DNA of 55,904 nucleotides, counting the filler, from Sphacelaria rigidula (Eukaryota): the NCBI GenBank assembly GCA_964200075.2. It is 4 parts of 4 records of this genome, joined end to end, with 100 filler letters (N's around TTAATTAATTAA, not from the genome) between each part and the next. Parts side by side here need not be neighbours in the genome. Positions count along the whole stretch, not along the records: positions 42,007 to 55,904 come from CAXNAA020002599.1; 3 more parts are not named here. One strand, written 5' to 3'. Below, in pieces: positions 49,853-55,904 of this stretch. Within the stretch, counting starts at the first letter, position 1, and every line of letters starts with the position of its first letter. A program made the position numbers and the translations under genes. The notes under the pieces were generated by a model. That model was given only the letters and a program-made list of their open reading frames with translations. It made no database searches and had not been told where the DNA came from.

Positions 49853-52800
49853 TTTTTTCGTTCCCATAAAAGGAGTTCCGTTCCCATTTTTCAGGATCCT
49901 CAGCTACGGGTTAATACCCTACACTCACATTCAACGAATGAATTGGAAGAAATTTTTGGAGTGCACGATGTATTGTGTACGACATATATATATATATATA
50001 TATATGGGAACCTGCTCAGTGTATAACAGCGCATCGATGAGAGAAATGTTCCATCCGACGGTTGATGTCACCATTCTCCTTCTTTCATTGGCCGTTCGAC
50101 AAAACGCCATTTCGCATTAATACTCGTACAGCTCACGACTAAAAGCCTAAACGTGTTCTGCAACGTCATTTGCATTAACCTTTGCCTGCTAGGGTAGGTG
50201 ATCTACTGAATCGCCATCATCATATTTGGCATATAGACCTCTCGGTGTTTCATTCGATATTGAAACGCATAAAAACAGCGTGTTCATACCAAAAGCTCGC
50301 TCTTCATCAATTTTTAGATTCTAAATCTGGCAAAAGGGTCATTTAAATATTATATACCATTGTTGATAGCACCGCGACTAGTTTAGGCGCCGTGCTGGTC
50401 CTTTGAGGATCCTTTTTTTTCACGGAAAGGCGGGAAAGGCACGGCACGGGTATAATTCGTGCGCAAAAGACATGGCACGGGCACGTTGCACCTCAACTCC
50501 CACCGGCTGGGTATTGCCATCATTTAGAGCTCACGTCGCATGAGCTAAATTCCTTGAAAACATTAGTTCTTTCTCCCCGACCCGTGATAACGGGGTGCTC
50601 GGAGCCTACCACCGATGACCATGAAACCAAGGGTTGACAGAGGATGCGTTTACACCAAAACGGTACACGAAAAGAACGAGCCCGCAAGAACCGATCGAAT
50701 TACAAGGAACACACTGCAAGCTGACAAATTACCGGCGTGCGATCTAGACGACCAAATTACCACCTACTGCTGCATAAACGTGTAGAAACAGCAAACGCAG
50801 GAACCGACATGTCGCAGGCAGCGAGAACCATCCCGTAGTAATATTGTAAGATATCCCAGGTTCAAGAAAATGAGGAAATAGCTTGTCATCGAAGCATCAA
50901 CTGACTTGGCTCAACATCAACATCAAGTGAGTTGATCACCCTATTATGAGGTCGGTGTAACTACCCAGAGCTAATTCAAGTTCGAGAAACTCATACCTTC
51001 CTGCCCTAGAAGCAGAAAATTCGTGATGTACAGGAAATACTTTAAAACTGAGGCCATAAAGGACATAGGACACTCCTGATCCCCCGCAATCTTGGCCACC
51101 ACAACGCACCGGGAAGAAGTTGATTTGACCACGTTACTGTACAGAAGACGACACAACGCCGAAAGAACCGGAGCCCCAAATGAGAAGAAACGATGTCGCT
51201 AAAAAGTCACAGTCGCTGCCGGAAGCTGACATGGATGATGTTGGATGTGACGAAGTCCGTCACGTTCCGAGCGTAGGCATCTGGTTGTGGAACGCATCAC
51301 GGTAGAAAAAAGGTAGGCAAGGGGCAAAGTAAAGGAACGTAGGAGACAAAGCCAGTTCCGAAGGGCGCCAGGAAACAGGTCCCCTTCCTCTGCCTTGCGT
51401 GTGGCGTAGGCATGGGTTCAGCACTCCATACCACTACATGGTCGACCCCAACGGCGGTAAAGACAGGGTATACGCCCACGCCGACGGCCGCACCTGCGCA
51501 AAGACCCTCGTCAAAGCGGACGAGAACACTTCTCACCCTTGCTACGAATGCAGAGCTATCCCTGCCAAAAAGAACTGTTTGACCTGTCGGCGGAGGATCA
51601 TGATCCAGAATTTATAAGGTGTCACGACAGCTTCCACGACACCCGTGCCGAGCTCCGGTCGGATTTCCAACGGCATTTGTTGCAGGAGAAAGAGGAGTTT
51701 GCCTCGAGAAACGACCCAACGACAACTCCACACCTCGGAAAGTACCGCGAGTCAATACTTATCCCCCATCCCCTCCCGGAGGCGACCCCGTGACGCTACC
51801 AAGCAAAACCGACCCTCCACCCGAGAAGAAAAAACCTAATCCTACCCGACAGGGTCCCCGACCCACGGCTTCCAGGAGCGGAGCCGGAAACTGAACCACC
51901 GTTTACGGTAAGTACCACAACTACACATTCCTTTTCCCCGTTCAACCCCCTCTCCACCATGTATAGTCCCGATTTTATCCTGCCCTCTCCCACCTCCAAT
52001 GCTTGCTTTCATCGGTGGCAGTCTTTTTTTTGCTTTTAACATGCCTCAGTGTAATCTCCAGCCTACCCGCCTCTTCACGTCTCCACGGATACAGACACGT
52101 GGGTAGTGCACACGGAGCACCTGTCGATGCTGAACGGATCGGGAGAAGGACGAAGGGACCGTTACGGAACGTTTAGCGAGGGTACGGAAGGAAATATAGT
52201 TGTACTGTGAGCAAATGCGTGACGAACGGGTCTTGAAAGCAACGATGTCAAGTAGGTAAAAAGGGAACGAAGTGGGATGATGGGTTGCTTTCGTTTTTTC
52301 AGGTTACTCCTCGATGAACTGCAGTGGTAAAACCACCGGCTTGTTAGTAAATGTGGCATTCTATACAAGCAAGTACAGCATGTAGGAGTGTGCTGTACTG
52401 CGTTAACACAAAGAAGGTGGAAGGTCCCCTTCTAGCGTCCCGTTTCCCATGTGTGTTGAATCGTGGGCTGAAAACGGGTGATTTCAACTCCAGCGGGAAA
52501 GTACACCGAACACATGCATTAAATGAGCTGGGAATTGGACCAGTTAATACTCTATATCCTCATTGTGAGTGGAGTTACACTGGAAATGGCTACGAGAGCG
52601 CCAGTTGTCCAGTTTATCTGGACGTGTTGTGCCGCTTGTCGTTACCAAGTATTTTTACATTAGTTTTATTTTGTGGAGTTCATAACAAAAAAACACTTTA
52701 TATAATTGGACTGCACGATTGAAGTCTGCAGTCGACAGCAGCACAGGTACCACGAACTTCGTTGGTACCTAGTTATTCTGCAGTTTTTATCTATCCACGA

Positions 52801-53476
52801 CAGCGGGTCGGTCGAGGGTTGGTCAGCCGAATGAGGAAAACGAAGAAATGAAGAAGTGTGACTTAGTTATGGTGCGACGCTTGATGCGGAAGTGCCGAAC
52901 GCCAAACCCCAATCGCCAATTGCATAAAGAGCGTTCTGAACATGATGTAGGACATACCCACTACACCTCGAAGTGATGTAGCAGATAGGTACCTAATCCG
53001 CAAAAAAAGTAACGATAACCGGGTATCACAAAATACACAAGCAGTCTATTGAACAAGTCGCGGTGAGAACTTGCGCTCTTTGTCGCAAGGTACTGCCAGC
53101 CGTGGCATACTTGTTCCGATCTTCAGGTCCTCGTGGAGAGCGTCTGCTGCTGCACACTATAGATAGATGATTTTCGAATCGCTTACCACGTTCGAAGATA
53201 TTTTCGAGCAGTACCGGCCTCTTAGCAGCTCGATGCGAGTGGTTGCATTTTTGACAGCTATTTACGATTTTTGGAGGCAACATACGTCAAACACTGTAAT
53301 TTCTTCTGCCTCGGGCGGCGCTCCTGCGCCGCATGCCCCACCCGCCTGGAGGGGCGATTAACTGGGGAAAAATCGATGTACTGGCAGCTGGCGTGGTCAC
53401 TTTAAAACGAACTGAACAGAGCTGATTGTTCACAGTCCTGAGAATATATATATATATATATATATATTCGTAGGGT

Positions 53477-54050
53477 TAGGGTGTGTTCGGTAGGGTATGA
53501 GAGTCTTTACAAATCTTACAGAAGTGACAAGTACCGCGATGAAATTCGCACAAAGGTTACAGAGCCTATCGGATAGGTATAGGAGGCTTACAGATAATCC
53601 AGAAGTCGTCGGGTGATAAAAGAAGGTTACATAGAAAATTCAACACGCACCCAGAAATTTGTACAAGGGTATAGGGGTAAATCTTGTGTACAGAAAATAC
53701 AGAACTGTCGGGTAAGGGTATAGGGAGGTTACAACAGTCACGGAACTACCGTGGACCGGTAGGAGAGTTTCCCACAAGTCACACAACTATCGAGTGGGAT
53801 CAGGAAAGCGTTTCTGAAGTCAGAGATGTATCGAATAGGGGTATGCAAGTGTTACTGAACTCATAGAGCTATCGAGTAGGGCAATGAAAGTCTTACAGAA
53901 TTCACGACAAATATCGGGTAGGCCAATGAAAGTCTAACAGAAGCTACAGAACTCTCGGATACCGGTATGAAAGTCTTACAGAAGTCACCGAACTGTCGGA
54001 TAGGGATAATATCCGTAAATATACCCCGTGTATGCAACAAACCAGCCCCT
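53477..54050 (+). repeat. Element built of degenerate ~41-bp tandem units, copy 2 (third fragment at ~54425-54560)
   Basis: Same unit as 42410-42940 (TTACAGAA..ACAGAACT.TCGGGTA.GGGTATG). Imperfect inverted ends AGGGTGTGTT / AACCAGCCCT. Confidence 0.8.
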
Positions 54051-54562
54051 ATACAAGATAGGGTTGGACACCATGATTCGATGACCTGCACCCTGCTAGT
54101 TGATACCGATGGTGGCGCAGATGAAGGGCCCCCACTCGATCCATTACTCGTGTCTAGGAATGGTCCACCCCGACGGTTTACGTTGCTTTCCATGTTTCGC
54201 TTTCCCCCTCAACTGTACCCCGCAACCCGTCTGTATACCAAACTTAAAAACATATAATTTGAAAGGTGTATGGATTTGAATACCAGGGGGGTTTGATGGA
54301 GGTTGGGGAATAAGTGCGAGTTATCGGAACAAAAATAGGGATTGAATCCAAATGTTCACCTCCCCCGGACATATACCCGTACTCTACCTGCATCGGATAT
54401 ACACACAAGAGTATACGTTGAACCTGGGTTGGGGTTATGGGAGGCTTACAGACCTTACAGAGTTCTGGGCTCGGGGGTATGATGGACTGTACGGATCTTA
54501 CAAAACTAGCGGGTACCGGTAAGGAACGTTTTACGAAACTGTTGGGAACTGGTTTGGAAGTG

Positions 54563-55160
54563 TTACACGGTTGACAGGATTGAGCGAAACATAGTAGTAG
54601 CCATTCGCCCCAGTGAAGACGCGGGATTCTTTCCCCACACCATGCCCAACAGTAGATTGGCTTCGATCATAAATCGGATGATAACACACACAGCCTGTTG
54701 ACAGCACTGATGGAAATGGAACGTGTTGTCATCAGTTCTGTACAGAATCAAAATTATAGTGTTCGAAATGAACGAAAACTCGATAAATGGAGGGAAAGCA
54801 GAGGCATCAGCAGCATCAGTATATTGTGTTTCAGGGGAGACGATGGCACATTTATACTGTCTCTTGCCGTTGTTCCCAGCGAAGAAATTCAGCGCATATA
54901 CGTACCGATTCTGCACGCAATAGCAGGGTCCAAATCGGTCAGTGGTTCTCCGGGACTATCTCTATATAGATGACTGATATCCACAAGTTCATGAAACAGG
55001 GAAGGTGGCCGATTCGGGTCCGGTTTAACATGCGAAGATACCGTCGAACAGCAATACCAAACTTTCTGGGATTGGCATCAGGCAGTCCGTGGAGAACAAA
55101 ACAGATATCGGCAAGTGACCGTTCGTATTGGAGAACAATGAAACGCTTTGCAGGTTAGAA
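54563..55160 (-). pseudogene. Very decayed RTE-like LINE RT fragment
   Basis: Minus-strand remnants NLQ(K)AF (~DLQKA.D), LFDGIFAC (~FHDGM.AC), ALNFFAG (~LFNIFFAA) and QYTDAADA (~LYADDA), in the expected order. Confidence 0.35.
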
Positions 55161-55761
55161 AACACGTATTATTATAGAGAAGAAACTCTCCGTACCCCCA
55201 TTAATCTTGTATGCACCTGTTGAAACTCTACCGTCGTTGATTAATACCTGGCGGGGGGACAGGGAAGCCGTCCTCCCTCAGGTCTTGAGAGTCGTTTAAA
55301 TTGGGTGGATGTTGAGAAAAATCAAACTGTTCAGCTGTTATAACTCTTGCGAACTTCTGTCGGGAGTATGTACGGTAGAGCAACGAAAGCTAGCTATGAT
55401 CAGGTTTGCCTGCCGTACTACCGACAGCGTTGCGTGAAAGCCACAAGACCTTTACTGTCGGCGGTTGGTGGCGTTGGTCTCAAATGCAACGACAAGTGGT
55501 TGATCGTAGAGCACTCTCGTTCCAGCTTGTAATGCATGACCTACTTTCATCGGAATAATTCTGGAACGCTACTCGTACTGTACCGACGTGTTCACGCGAC
55601 CAGCGTGTGCTCCAGATTGCAGCATGGACGGATTCCTATGCGCCACGCTAGCAACAGTTAGGTTACCACCATAGGCATCTTTTTTCACTCCGTATATCAA
55701 GAAGGTCTCTACAAGTGGTTGATCTCTCATACACCCCCCTCGACTGGCATGCTCCGTCTGG

Positions 55762-55841
55762 CATGCTCCGTCTCGAAAGGGATGCGTGGTCAAGGGATGC
55801 GTGGTCAATGGTCAAACGACTAAGGCAAGCAACAAATGAGT
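55762..55841 (+). repeat. Short high-identity dispersed repeat, copy 2, followed by poly-C
   Basis: CATGCTCCGTCTCGAAAGGGATGCGTGGTCAA(dup)TGGTCAAACGACTAAGGCAAGCAACAAATGAGT is the reverse complement of 28008-28072. Confidence 0.9.
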
Positions 55842-55844
55842 ACG

Positions 55845-55878
<34 letters not shown>

Positions 55879-55904
55879 CCCCCCGCCACGCGCAGCGGCG
55901 ACGC

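Noticed and set aside
48600..49914. piggyBac-like element (TTAA|CCC ... GGG|TTAA)
   Set aside because: The termini match for only ~3 bp beyond TTAA and no transposase remnant was recognised.

Overview
This is eukaryotic nuclear DNA. The long introns, splice-site style and repeat families suggest a brown alga (Phaeophyceae, Ectocarpus-like); that is an inference. The window is not one locus. It is four ~13.9-kb contigs (13905, 13902, 13899 and 13898 bp, strictly descending) joined by artificial N44-TTAATTAATTAA-N44 linkers. Three spliced gene fragments can be built by hand: (1) three exons of an unidentified coiled-coil protein (10635-13790); (2) the 5' five exons of a mitochondrial-type proline dehydrogenase carrying two EF-hand-like loops (30118-39734); (3) the last three exons of RNA polymerase II subunit RPB4 (45697-47474). 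The rest is transposon-derived or simple repeat. It includes a 7.1-kb non-autonomous LTR element (two LTRs, PBS, PPT, no recognisable gag/pol), a hAT-type MITE with a perfect 8-bp TSD nested in another foldback element, several other foldback MITEs, tRNA-derived SINE copies, decayed L1-, RTE- and possibly Penelope-like RT remnants, and microsatellites. Almost all ORF-track entries are spurious. I found no convincing new biological system. The best leads are the EF-hand PRODH, the LARD-like element, and its array of four diverged LINE fragments.
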